64,000 nucleotides of DNA from Phoronis australis (Eukaryota > Animalia > Phoronida), in the NCBI GenBank assembly GCA_002633005.1, contig NMRA01000560.1:203123-267122 (forward strand), read 5' to 3'. Of the stretch, positions 12,800 through 25,300 are shown piece after piece (positions within the stretch are counted from its first letter, which is position 1; the number at the start of each line of letters is the position of its first letter). The translations under genes were made by a program, and so were the position numbers. The notes under the pieces are model-generated. The model was given only the letters and a program-made list of their open reading frames with translations. It did not search any database and was not told where the DNA came from.

Positions 12800-13840
12800 T
12801 TGCTAGGGAGAAGGCGTGATGTGATAGTAGACAGAACTGATTACATAAATTCTTTAAAAAACAATCTTAAGGATGAAGTTACACTTTACATAGAAGGGCA
12901 GTTACAGAGTTATTTACGCAAGGTTAAGAATAGTGGTCGATTCGGTGCCGATACTATTTATATCCTCAAGATACAACTTTATGGTCTACATAAAATGTAC
13001 CAGGGTGGAGACGGCTTCTTTCATCCATTTAAAACCATTGTGTCTTCTGTGAACCGTAGCGCACCATAGGGGGCTGGGGGGAGGGCTATAGCCCCACTTT
13101 TTTCAGTGCTGCGCCGCCCATGGTCTGTACGTGGTGCGCCACAGGGGGGCTGGGGGGCTTTACCCCCACTTTTTTCAGTGCTCCATCGCCCATGTGAACA
13201 CGTAACCGTTTGTAACCTTGCCACATACCCAGTACAAGCTACTCAAACTCCATGGTAATGGTGATTACGGAGCAGGTGAGAAGCTCTGTTTTGTCTACGA
13301 GATCACTGACTGTTTCATGGCCTGGTTTGACTTTGAAAGTCTCTTTCCTAACTTGCCTGTTGATGACTGTTTGTCTGGCAATTGATTGTATTCTTAGAAC
13401 TAGCCCTGACCTTCAATTGACACGAGAAGAACTCATGGCGTTATTTGAATTTTCTAGAACTAAGTCCCATTTTCTGTTTAATGGGTAAGTTTTTAATCAT
13501 GTCGATGGCATAACAATGGGCTCTCCTCTTAGCCCCCGCATAACACTTGGTCATCATGAAAAACACGGAATGAGCATAACACTGGTTCCTGTTTACATTT
13601 CTATAGTAGACATTAGATGATGTGCTTTTTTATTTGATCATGAACAATATTTTTAATAAAGAATTTTATATCTTTTTAAACTCCAGGCATCCAAATTTCA
13701 TATTCACTATAGCGTTTGAGACGCGAAACCAAAGGGCCTTTCTAGGTGGGTTGGTGAAACATTCTTTGAGTTCTGTGGTTATATCCTTGTTTCGTAAGCT
13801 CGTGAGAAAACTTACGCTGGACTACTTGCTATTGATGTTT
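12800..13840 (+). pseudogene. Degraded Penelope-like retroelement reverse transcriptase fragment
   Basis: Across frames: QLYGLHKM..PFKTIVSSVN, FDFESLFPNLPVDD, SHFLFNG*VFNHVDGITMGSPLSP, LNSRHPNFIFT. These match Penelope RT motifs (LYGLPK.HK/P.RPIVS, SLFTN.P, G.AMGSPLSP). Many stops and frameshifts. Confidence 0.75.
13055..13192. mobile_element. Short dimeric G/C-rich insertion inside the Penelope RT relic
   Basis: Two related units (gggggctgggggg...cccacttttttcagtgct) flanked by direct repeat TGTGAAC at 13048-13054 and 13193-13199. Confidence 0.6.
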
Positions 13841-16339
13841 CATGAGCCATTCCACGAAAAAAAAGAAATCAAAAATCACTCCAGAGGTAATCAGCTTAAA
13901 CTTTGTGTATGTGATCATGGTGTGGCTCTGACTCAAAAATCGCCAATTTTGCACTTATTGACCTCTTAGTTTTTTACCCCTATAGGCCTTCAAAGGTGTA
14001 TGAAGAAAATGACACGTTTTTGCATGCCAAAAACAGCAATTTTCCAAAATAAATAAAAATAGATTGCATGCAATGAGAGAAAACTATATTATGGGAACAA
14101 AATACGAGACATGAGGACAACCAAGTAAAATTAATATTAATGATTTGGCTGCATTAATCACGTAACAGGGGAGGTGAATCCGTAGCACTTTTTGTACTGT
14201 TGAAAGTGGGCATCACTCAAGTTCTTCAACAAGTCAGTTTGCGGGGCTTTGGACATAGAAATATACGTTTTTGGATAGATATTGGATTTGTGAACAAATT
14301 TAAAAAATCTCTCAAATGGGCTTTTTTAATTTTTTTGTTCTAAAAATGCTCCAATGTTGCGTATTTTGCACTTTTTAAACGAATATTTTTGTAACTTCGT
14401 TACATTTAAAATGGTTTCAAGAAAAATGAATAATGGGAATCAACATTTGAGGGACCATGATGCTGTTTGACACATCCCTATCACCATTTCATCCTGCATA
14501 TGGCGTTCATAACTGACCGTGGGCCAGAGATTATGCTATGTTCAGCGTTAACGATATTGTGAGAAACGTCTTGACAGCTGTGGATGCAGAGTAGGACTAA
14601 TTTTTGGAAACGAGGAAGTTGAGATTTAAAATCTTGTTTAGACATGCGCCAACTTCAAAAATTGATTATTTCTGAACTATCGGCAAGTACGGTATTGTTT
14701 GCAAATACAACTATATCCTTCTGTAGTTTGCCACGAAGACCTGAATTCAGACTGTATTTTTTACATGCAGCTTACATCTAAACGTGAGTATACCCTCCGT
14801 GTTATCATTTTTTCTCTTGTTGAAGACTCTCCTTTTCCTGGGTCTCGTTCCACGATGATGTGTAAGTTCAAAAAATGCGTTAAGTTGAACTCTGGAGGCA
14901 GACATTTTTAGAAAACTAGCGAGGACTAGTCGGCTATGGCTGCGGTCACCGGGTCATTAGAATAGCTGGTAATGGGCATACAAAACACACGATTTTATGA
15001 GGAACGGGCCTCAATATTCTTAGATGAATAAAGTGATTTAATTGAGTGATTTGAACTAGGTTTCATTGAAAGTGGGTTGTATGGAACAAAAACGGCCAAC
15101 GTCGAAGTCACCGATGTTTAATATTCGTTTTTATGCGATGTAGCAAAATGGTTAGTATTCAAAATTGCCTTATCTGTCTACAACCATGCGTGATATTGAC
15201 AGCGATCTGCAACACAAAAATGGCGCATCATGAGACACGTGACTTCACGTCCATTAATACTAGAATGTCCAATCTCTGTCTTTATTTATATGTGCTTTGG
15301 ACTAACGAACATTTACCAAATAGCATATTCTATCTTGAAAGATAATAGAAAGAGAAAATGCATGTTTTTGAAGTCCGAAAGGACGACAGTCAGCTATTTT
15401 GGAGTTAAACTATCGACCAAGACCCGGTTTGAGCAAAATGATCATATCCCTTCAGAGTGCCAACGTATTTTCTTTTTCTCCCGCCAGGCCTTTCAATTTA
15501 CGCATACACGTCACGGTTTTATACGTTGTTACCACCATGATTTCAGACATGTTTGACATCATAGGAAGAATGATATTTCTTTCAGCTTTTCACTTGTTTA
15601 AAACACGTTACTACGCCGCCACTTTTTAAACTATTGGCTCGCCCTTCCCAAAGGCGATCCTTTGCTGTTGCACTGGCAAAATCCTGCAAATAAATGCGTG
15701 CTTTTATTTCCTTCCACCACAAATGTCTTTAAGAAATTGTCTTTCGTAACCAAGGTGGTTGACAGAACCCGTCGGCATCAGAAACTTAAATTGGTCTTTT
15801 TGCGTGGAACATGAGCGATGACTCCAAAGCAATAAAACACTGACTGAAATAAATCAAACTATCGTGGACTCAAACGGGTGTTTTTCTTCTATCAAATTGG
15901 CTTCCGAAATTGAATTCTCCATGAAAAACAAATTGTTATTGTCGTTTTTACCCGAAGAAATGCGATAAATATTAGCCAAAATATGATGTCGTTGTTTTTG
16001 TTGTGCTTACCAAGGGAAGTGTGTTCCCTGTAATGCCGTAATACCTTTGAGCGCCAATAAAAATTGCAAGAACGCTTTAACAATAAAAACGAGTTACCAG
16101 ATCCTGGAAACTTCTTTCATCTGAATTTGAAACTGTACGGGGTACATTTTTGACTATACCAAGAAACTACTCATGTTAAAAAAAACAATAGAAAGCACAT
16201 AGGGACACATCTATAAATTCGAGCTGGCACCTTCGACAGAATTTCATTCAAACAATTTTAGAAAGGAGACGTAAAGTGTGTGAACCGTTTTTCCCCGTGT
16301 GACAAGCACCATGCAAATTCATGAAATATGACATCCCTT

Positions 16340-16500
16340 TCGTAAAATGTAACAATGCTACATTTCTCGCATTCAACGTAAAGTACGTGTAACAATTACA
16401 TAAAATGTAACAACTTGTTACATTTTAGGAGAGGCCTAGCAACGTAAAATGTAACAGTGACGTAAAATGTAACAGTTATTACATTTTACGGCGTATCAGT
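16340..16500. repeat. Array of CGTAAAATGTAACA motifs in both orientations (subterminal-repeat type MITE end)
   Basis: Repeated gtaaaatgtaaca and tacatttta(c/g)g motifs, ending tacattttacggcgtatcag. Confidence 0.55.
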
Positions 16501-16949
16501 GCGTCTCGATCTACTCGCTGTGTCGTTCTTATATTTTATAACAATACAACGAGACGCGTGTTTGTCACGTTGTATCGTTGTAGGAAAAACCGGATCCCGC
16601 GCTTATATGAGAAAAGCGCGGGCTTCACTTTTCTAGTATCAAGAGCAACACTTGTAAGATATCGGAAGATCGTCAATTGGCCATATCTGGCAAAAGCCTA
16701 CCGGTCAAAACTTAACATAAGCACCGCGGCTCTACTTATACAGAGTTACTTCTACAGTGTTATAGATATGCGGATAAATGCATGAAGTGGTCGACAAGGT
16801 CTTACATAGGCTTACCCTTAATCCTTATTATAATGAAAAATTAAAAAGGTCTTTGAAGATTTACTGAACTGATCTTAGAGATATGTTGCATTAACACTCG
16901 GGAGAGTTAAGATCTTTAATTTGCTAGTCCTTGCTTAACTTGTGCGCCT

Positions 16950-18060
16950 GTCTACATCTTTACCGTCACCTTCCCTGAAAGTTATTGAATTTTTGCAGCG
17001 TAGGTGTTTCAAATTTATCTAGCGTGGTAAACAGGATAAAATTAGTAGAAGCCAGATTCAGAATTTCCAATATGGTGGATGCAAAATTATTGATACATAG
17101 TCTTTTATAGAAATCCCTTAATTTCCATGTCTCATTAGATTTATAAAATACGTTTATAATATCACATTTTGCTATGCTCTGCTGAATGATAATATTCTGC
17201 ACTTTGAGGTCTCCTTTTGGAAGGATGCATTTCTGTTGTAGCAGACGTACGCTAAAGATACTCTATCGCATGTAGTGAAGAAGACTCTTCACGAACCAAC
17301 ATAGTATAATCCAACAACATTAATATGATAGATCAATTGAGGTTTAACAGAGCCTAATGCAAAAAGGGTGTAATATCTGTCCATCGACAAGTTAAGCTCT
17401 GAAGATGAATTCTGCAATATCAGTGTTCTGTGTAACTTATAGCTTTTCTCATTCATTTATATTATCTTTGGTTTGTGATACATTACTCGACCAAAACAGC
17501 ATAGATTTAAAAATAGTGCACTATCAAGTGTCACTGGTCTTCCACATTGCACCAAATTCAACTTTAGTTTCTGATGAAGTGGAGTCAAAAAATTAGATCT
17601 CCCGGATGCTGCAGAATGGTGATACAATGTTTTTCTTACACCTATTCATTCACCGAAAATGTTTCTCTGAGATGGTTTCAGTTTAGGCTGGTTCATAGAG
17701 TTATAGGTTGTAATGAATTTTTATACAGGATTGGCGTAACTGATAGCTCATTGTGCACTTTTTGTTTAGATGAAATTGAATTTATTGTCCATGTTTACTG
17801 GTCTTGTAATGTTACTCAGCAGTTTTGGACTAATGTAAATAACTGGCTCGAAGATGCTGTTGGACATAGTTTAGAACTGTCTACACAATCAGTTCTGTTT
17901 GGTGTTCAGGTGGAAGCAGTTTTACAAAGTATGGATCTTTCTCTTGGCCAGTACCACATTTATAAACAAAGATTAAAATGCAAATATCCCTGCATTGTAC
18001 TGTTTAAAAAGGAAGTTGCATTGTACATTTCCACTGAACGGTATTATAAACAAAATGAAG
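16950..18060 (+). pseudogene. 3' part of an L1/Tx1-type LINE ORF2 (zf-RVT region), degraded
   Basis: LRWFQFRLVHRVIGCNEFLYRIGVTDSSLCTFCLDEIEFIVHVYWSCNVTQQFW is a CCHC zf-RVT pattern; upstream SFWKDAF remnant. Confidence 0.75.
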
Positions 18061-18063
18061 TAT

Positions 18064-18195
18064 GGTGAATTTAGTTTAGTGGCAAGAGCACTATACCGGC
18101 AATCTAGGGACCTGTGGTTCGATTCCCAGTTGGGGTTCCTGATTTTTCTGTGTTTATTTGATACATTTCACTACTGGCCAACCTCAGCGTCTATG
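18064..18195 (+). mobile_element. tRNA-derived SINE head
   Basis: A-box-like TAGTTTAGTGG and B-box GGTTCGATTCCC at tRNA spacing; no clean cloverleaf. Confidence 0.55.
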
Positions 18196-21100
18196 TATTT
18201 ACTATATAAAATTATAATGTTTTAGTGATAATTAAGCTAATTAAGCACTGCAACTTCAGTGGACATTGCGAGTGAATGTTGAAATGGAAAACATGGTAAA
18301 GGCATGTATAGATTATACGGACAGAAAACAAGTTTTCACAGAATAATTAACTGAAGACCTTTAGATTTTCACTTCTCAAAACTTAATCGACTTTTTCTAG
18401 GCTTCGGCAAATCGGCTTAATTTGAACTTAAGAATACGAGTTCTCGAACACGGCATGGTGGATTTCGCTGAAACTTTCAAAAGTCAATGCTTGTTCATCA
18501 ATCTCAAAAACAACGTTTGGATTTTTGATATGAACTCGTAGTTTTTGCGTAATGTAACAAAAGCGAATGCGACTGCTATTTTTTAACAAAATTAACTTAC
18601 GTTTTGCGGGTTAATCTATCACAGAAACCAAACAAAAGACCAATCGAAAATTCCTAACAGCGTTTTTGAGGTAACTGGTGAAGTTTTCATTTAAAAAGAT
18701 TTCATTAAAAACGACCTTTCTTAAGAATGAAATTCTGACTTTAAAAAAGTGTTCACGTAATAATAATAATGACACATAAATATAAAACATATTTTCACAA
18801 TCTTCCCTGATCTTTTTCTTTCAGAATATATTTACTTTTTACTAGTTGACAAATCCCACTTAGAATGCAGGCCACTAAATAAGGTCTGAGATAACCTTAA
18901 TACAGTCGAGCTCAGCAGCAAGAAGTCGATATCATACTGAGATTAAAAATATAATTAATTTTGACGATGGTAAATGGGAATCAACAGCAAATTCAAACCG
19001 CAACAACCTTCAGATTGGTTATTATGGCTTCAGACAGACAGATTGAGACTACTTTGCTTCAAAATTTAAAATACGTATTGTTGTTTTTATAATCGTACAG
19101 AGTTAATGTCAGTACACTTAGGAATAACTTCTAGTCGTGATCGAATCTTGGACTCTGTCGCGCACTTTGATTAGTTCCCCATTACATTTATTATGACGTC
19201 ATTAACTTTATAGCCTCATAAAGATGATTACTGTTTTTCATCTTCCGAGTGTATATTGTAATCTAGCAATGGACATTATCTTTTTAAACAAATCGTTTAT
19301 CACTTTGAATATTAAAAGAATTTCCAGAAAAATCGTCAGATTCAGTGTTTTTGAACCACAGACGAAATATTCACTTATTCACCCCAATAAAGTTTTCAAA
19401 ATTTTCACCCTTAATAAGATTTATGCGCGTATGCGTTCAAAGAACTGCCTAGTAAACATTTCCCCCGTCAAATGCCAAAGGTCACATTTTCCATATAAGG
19501 TAAATGTGCTATGTCTTACTATACCAAATAAAAAAACCTGTGGGAGAAAAATCGTCGAAGTGATGAGCAGCTGACAGGTTGTTTTTTGGAAATTTGAAGC
19601 TAAAGGAAAAATAGTATGACATCAACAGAAATTTTTAAATTTATCTACTTTAAAAAGTATTTACAAACAAACCGTTAAAATACCTGGTGAACAAGTTGGC
19701 TGCTCTTTCAGAAGTAGAGAACTATTTTGAATAATGCAATTTAGTCTGGTTTTCGCGGTGTGTGCCACTTCAATGCAAGGGATCTGTGGAGCTTTCGACT
19801 GCTACAGTAGAACGAATGGGTTCGAATCTGTGACGCTGCTAATTTCTCTGGCATTACTGTTCTTGCCAAGAGAGATCTTATATCTAAAGTAGGTGTATTG
19901 TTTTCAAGTAAAATCTATATTTGAACGTAGAATATCTGTTTAATGGAAACCCGGCGGACTTTGGCCCTCCTCACAGTAACATTAAGAACACCAAATAATG
20001 CGTGTTGATTACTTTACACGCTTTCCGTCGATTTATCTTTAACAAAAATTGTTATATTGGATAGCTCTTTAATATGTAATAGTGCTCCACTACTAAGAGA
20101 TCAGCGATACTTTGAGCATTTCTTTAATCCCATTTTGACTTCTATTGCCCCGAGCCACTTCATTTCTCATTTAGACCATGGGAGCTTCTTTCGATCTCGG
20201 TACCCGATCACTTAAAATATGCCATTAGTATACGCCATACATGTATAAAGTAAAGGAGGGAGTACTGCAAGCGTACGCTATTGCACAGGCAAACAATGTG
20301 CCCGAAGTCAGATATAGATGCGCCGGAAGTCTACCGAGGTCGCCATCTCACCACTAAGGTGGCACTGAATAGTTAGGCTGCGGCCGCGGCCAATTTGCAC
20401 TGCCAAAATATAGAAATTTTGGGGTAGGCCAAGTTTGGGGGCATTTTGTAGGTGGGCATTGCACGTAGGCTCAGTGAATGTGGTTTGTTTGTATTTGTGA
20501 ACATGCTGTGAATAAAAAGGCCACTTTCTTGGCTGTAGCTGCACTCTTCTTCAAGACGGCGGCCCCCGGCTGCAATTGTGCATTGTTGGGTAGCGACCGA
20601 GAAATCGGCTGTGACTTTAGGTAGCCCTCAAACAAGCAAGAATTGCCAAAAAACTAGTTGGTTGACAGTACTTTTGGACCACATTTTCGGAATCGGTAGG
20701 AAATTTGCTTTCAGACTCTAATGTTGGTTTTAGTCGTGCATCGGCAGGGAAGTGGTGTTTTTCGGGTGAAAAGTGCCGATTTTGCATTTTTTGCCCTTAT
20801 TTTTCTTAGTCTAGCTTGGTTTTCAGTGGGAATGAAATGGTCAAAAATACAAGAAAGAATAAAGTTTCTGTGCTCATCTGCTGGGCTTTTTATGTGAAAT
20901 AATTGAAAACATGCCATCCTTTGCATCCTGTTTTTGACAGAGTGAAGAAAAGGTTACAAATCAAGTGATGTGCGTTTTGCTAGGCAAAACCCAGTGAGAA
21001 CTGTTCTGTGCCTCCTAAGTGTGCGTCGACCGCTGTGATTGCCAACCTTGTCCACAAGCCTCAAGATGGCGCTGATCGGTTTAGCCATTTGAGGCTTGGA

Positions 21101-22379
21101 TATGGGAAGTGCAACATGTCAGAATTCTGACACATTTTTACGAAAATCGGCGGAATATCACAAGTAATATGAAGTTATATCAACTTAACATTTTCTACCA
21201 ATATAATATAAAAGTGAAAAATGACGGTATATTGCAGCAATTTAGGTATGAAATGATGCATTTTCATTCGAAAACAGATTTAATTCCTATGATACTAGTA
21301 ACAAAAAAGAATTGAAAATAAGTAGTCGAACAACCTTTATTTCAAACAGTAACCAAATGTCTTCTGCTTCATGAATTGCAGCAACAACGCCTGTGAAAAT
21401 AATTAAAATCTGCCTTTGTTTAAATGCCGTCAAGGCAGCGGCCAATCATTGGGCGGAAGGTATTTCCCATAGACCCAATTCACGCGGCGGACATTAAAAT
21501 CCAAAGCGAGGCTCACTGTGATAAACAACTTGAAGTTAACATTGCGTGAGTTAAATAGCCGGTCTTTCGAGTCCAACCTGGATATTAAATTTTAATAATG
21601 TGTCGACAATTAACTACAGAGATGTAGAAAATTACATTAGAGAACAGGTTAAGGCGCCAAAGAGTTGTCTGACGAAAGAGTTTAATTTTTTTCGGAAAAC
21701 TGGGTTCGAAACATGAAAAGTAAATATGACGGCGATCGTAGTGTTACGCTAAGTGAACATAATGGGTCTGGGGTCTTGACCCATTATGACCATTTTAACC
21801 CATTAAGACCATGCTGACATGCAAATCTTATGCTAACAGGATTTGCATGCAAGTGGACGAGAAAGCGTGCATTGTTTACCAAGAGTAACCAGCGAAGTCC
21901 TCATCACCCCAAGGCTTAATGGCGCCCTCACGGATTGAGGTGAGCTAATCACTATTCGTGGCTTGGCTGAACCAATGAGCTATACCTGCCTCCCGTTCAG
22001 TAACGCTAGTACCTCGCTAAAAAGCAAGACTTCGCGAGATTACGTGACTAGATATAGCCGTGTATTTTAAATGAGAACACGTGATTCTGGCTAGATTTTA
22101 GGTAGGTCAGTCATAACGTAGGTCCTAGCGCTACTGAACGCAAGCCTGGTATAGCTAATGGGGCTATTCGGAAAATTGTCCTCGCGGTGTCGCTGCTGTA
22201 CTGGTGGTGATTGAATTGCGCATGCATGGCTGTCTGCATGTAAACAACTGGTAAAAGATGCAATTTTTATCAAAATACGTCGTCGCGCTAAGCCTTATTA
22301 CCACCCCGGCCAACCCGCGATCGAGAACGACCGGAAGGCGATCGAGAACGAAATTTGGCGCGAGAAGTGAAGCCAGAAA

Positions 22380-25300
22380 ATGTAAGTAAATTTGATGAAT
22401 TTTCGGTTGTTTTGAGCTTCAATACAAAAACAGAGACATGAGTTCAAGGCGTAACACATTGAGGAAGGCCAGGTAGAAGTTTAGGCTTGTGTCTCGTCCA
22501 AATATTGGAGAAAAGTTACGTTAACCGATGCATCGCTTGAGCCGAAGGTGATTTGTATGTCATTTTTGCAGATTTTGGTTATTTTTGGTTCTATATCAAT
22601 ATATTAATCATGAAGTTATGAAGAAATGACGTATGAAAATGTAACTCAACGCCTGCTTTCCGTAGCATTGTCAGGATCTCTGATTTATGAACCTTTTTCT
22701 GTTAAAAGAAGCGATCGAGAACGCAATGATAAGCGATCGGGAACGCACATAAGAGCTCGCTAAAGCGATCGGGAACGCATTGCGGTGTGTTGAACAATAG
22801 TGAACTTTTCAGTAATAAAGAGTTTTAAAAGTTACAAAACAAGTGTGGTTCAATGAATTAATGATATTTTNAGCTTCCGATTTTACCCGTTTGGGAAACC
22901 GGCTTTCAACTGCCGTAGGCTACAATAAGAATCCCCTCCCCGTGAAAGGATTTTTTCTAAGCGTTTATTAGAGCTAATACAGTATACAGCTTTCCACCAA
23001 GGCTAGGTGATACTACGACAATATTCTTTGTTGCATTAGTAACTGGTCTTGGCTAATATTATCATTTTATGGTCTGGTCATCCTTTCAGCCAAAAGTAGT
23101 TCCAGAGGTGGCTTATCAGCCAATTATTCACGCATGCTGACTCACAATAGAAGCCTGATAAGAGTGAAGGTGGATAAATGCGGTGTTCCTACAGTTTCTT
23201 GTTTTAGTGGATGTGTTCACGACATGTTTTTGCAGATTTTGGTTATATTTGGTTCTATATCAATATATTAATCATGAAGTTATGAAGAAATGACGTATGA
23301 AAATGTAACCCAACGCCTGCTTTCCGTAGCATTGTCAGGATCTCTGATTTATGAACTTTTTTCTGTTAAAAGAAGCGATCGAGAACGCAATGATAAGCGA
23401 TCGGGAACGCACATATGAGCTCGCTAAAGCGATCGGGAACGCATTGCGGTGTGTTGAACAATAGTGAACTTTTCAGTAATAAAGAGTTAAAAGTTACAAA
23501 ACAAGTGTGGTTCAATGAATTTATGATATTTTGCATCATTACTGTGTTACTTTCGTGTCAAAAACTAAATTTCATAGCATAGCATCCCTTACCAAAAAGG
23601 CCTCCTGCAAACACTTCCAGCAAGCTTGCCGCAAAAGTTTCTGCAAACCAGCCACAAACACATGGAGTGATCTGTTGTAAGTTTCCTGCAACCCAGCTGC
23701 AAACATTGCAGCAAGCTTGCTGCATGTTTGCCGCTAGCATGCATCAAACTTTCACCACGCAAATGAAGTTTGCAGCAAGCTTGCAGCAAACACCTCCATG
23801 TCCTTATTTGGAACAGTTCCTGCAAGGCAGCTGCACACATTGCTGCAAACTTGCTGCAAACATCTTCATGGGGTTATATAGAAGTTTCTGCGAACCACCT
23901 GAAAAAATATTGCTGATTACTATTTTTGCTTCCCAATATGGTTTCATGAAACGCCAGTCTACTGAATGGGCTTTTGTTGAAGTTGTATGTTGAAATTTGC
24001 AATATTTCGACTAGGGATATCATCCAACAGCAACATTCATTTAGCTAAGGCATCAAACATAAATTAAACCTTTCCATTCTACAATATTTCTTAGGTGTTG
24101 AAAAGAACAATTCTACTTCAGACTAATCTGCATTGCAGCAATCAGTGGTGTTCCATAGGGATCATGGGATGATCGCTCCACTTTTCTTCCTTAGCATATA
24201 TTTCCATAAAATCACCATGAGCACTACATGTACAGCAAGTGTTATATTTTAGTTATGGATATTTTCACAAATGATTTTTTTTTTCAGGAAACAATTTCAT
24301 TGTTATTATTGCCCTGCAAGCTTCAACGACCATGAAAAAATCATTGCCCACGCTGTGGCGGTGCACCCTTCCAGGGTTTTAAAGTACAGGCGNCAGCAAT
24401 CAGTGGTGTTCCATAGGGATCATGGGATGATCGCTCCACTTTTCTTCCTTAGCATATATTTCCATAAAACCACCATGAGCACTACATGTACAGCGAGTGT
24501 TATATTTTAGTTATGGATATTTTCACAAATGATTTTATTTTTATTTCAGGAAACAATTTCATTGTTATTATTGCCCGGCAAGCTTCAACGACCATGAAAA
24601 AATCATTGCCCACGCTGTGGCGGTGCACCATTCCAGGGTTTTAAAGTACAGGCGTCTCCTTTTAGATGAAACTACTGGGAAAATGGGACTCCAAACTAAG
24701 ACGCACCCAGGAGTTACTCCACAAGACGTATCAGCTGGGGGAAAACAAATTGTTGCGGCTGATGAAAGTGAGTGCCGAATATTTTTATAAAACTGCGACA
24801 ACAAAAGAAAAAAACCAAACACGCCAGTGAAGTCAAGCAATGATAGTGAGTTTGCCAAAGAAAATCTGAAAATAGTTGAGACTCCCAGTAATGAAGAATT
24901 AGAGTTTGAAAAGTTGTGCTTCTTGCTTCCCCAAGTCATAGAGACAATGAAAGAAAATGGTCCCATGGAATCTTACGTGAAACTGAATGAACTTCTTGCC
25001 TCAGGTAGACTGCCTTTGAACAACATATGTTTCCTACTATTCCTGGATATAGTCGAGTGGTTTTCGGTAGAAAACACTTCCAAAATGCGTTACCAAAACC
25101 CACAAACTCTTCGGTTCTGGGAAATTGGCTACCAGCTATTTCCTGGAAAGTTCATCAGATTTATGTCTGGACAACGAAATACAGGTCAGATTTTAGATCA
25201 GTCAACATCAAGGGGAGAGTATAGCCCAGATGAATCCAAAGTGAACTTTGCAGTGCCATCTCTGACTACAATACAACAAATCCCTTCTAAAAGGAGTCCG

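Noticed and set aside
22711-22777. CRISPR-like short repeats with spacers
   Set aside because: 13-bp motif, irregular short spacers, eukaryotic context and no cas genes; better explained as transposon subterminal repeats.
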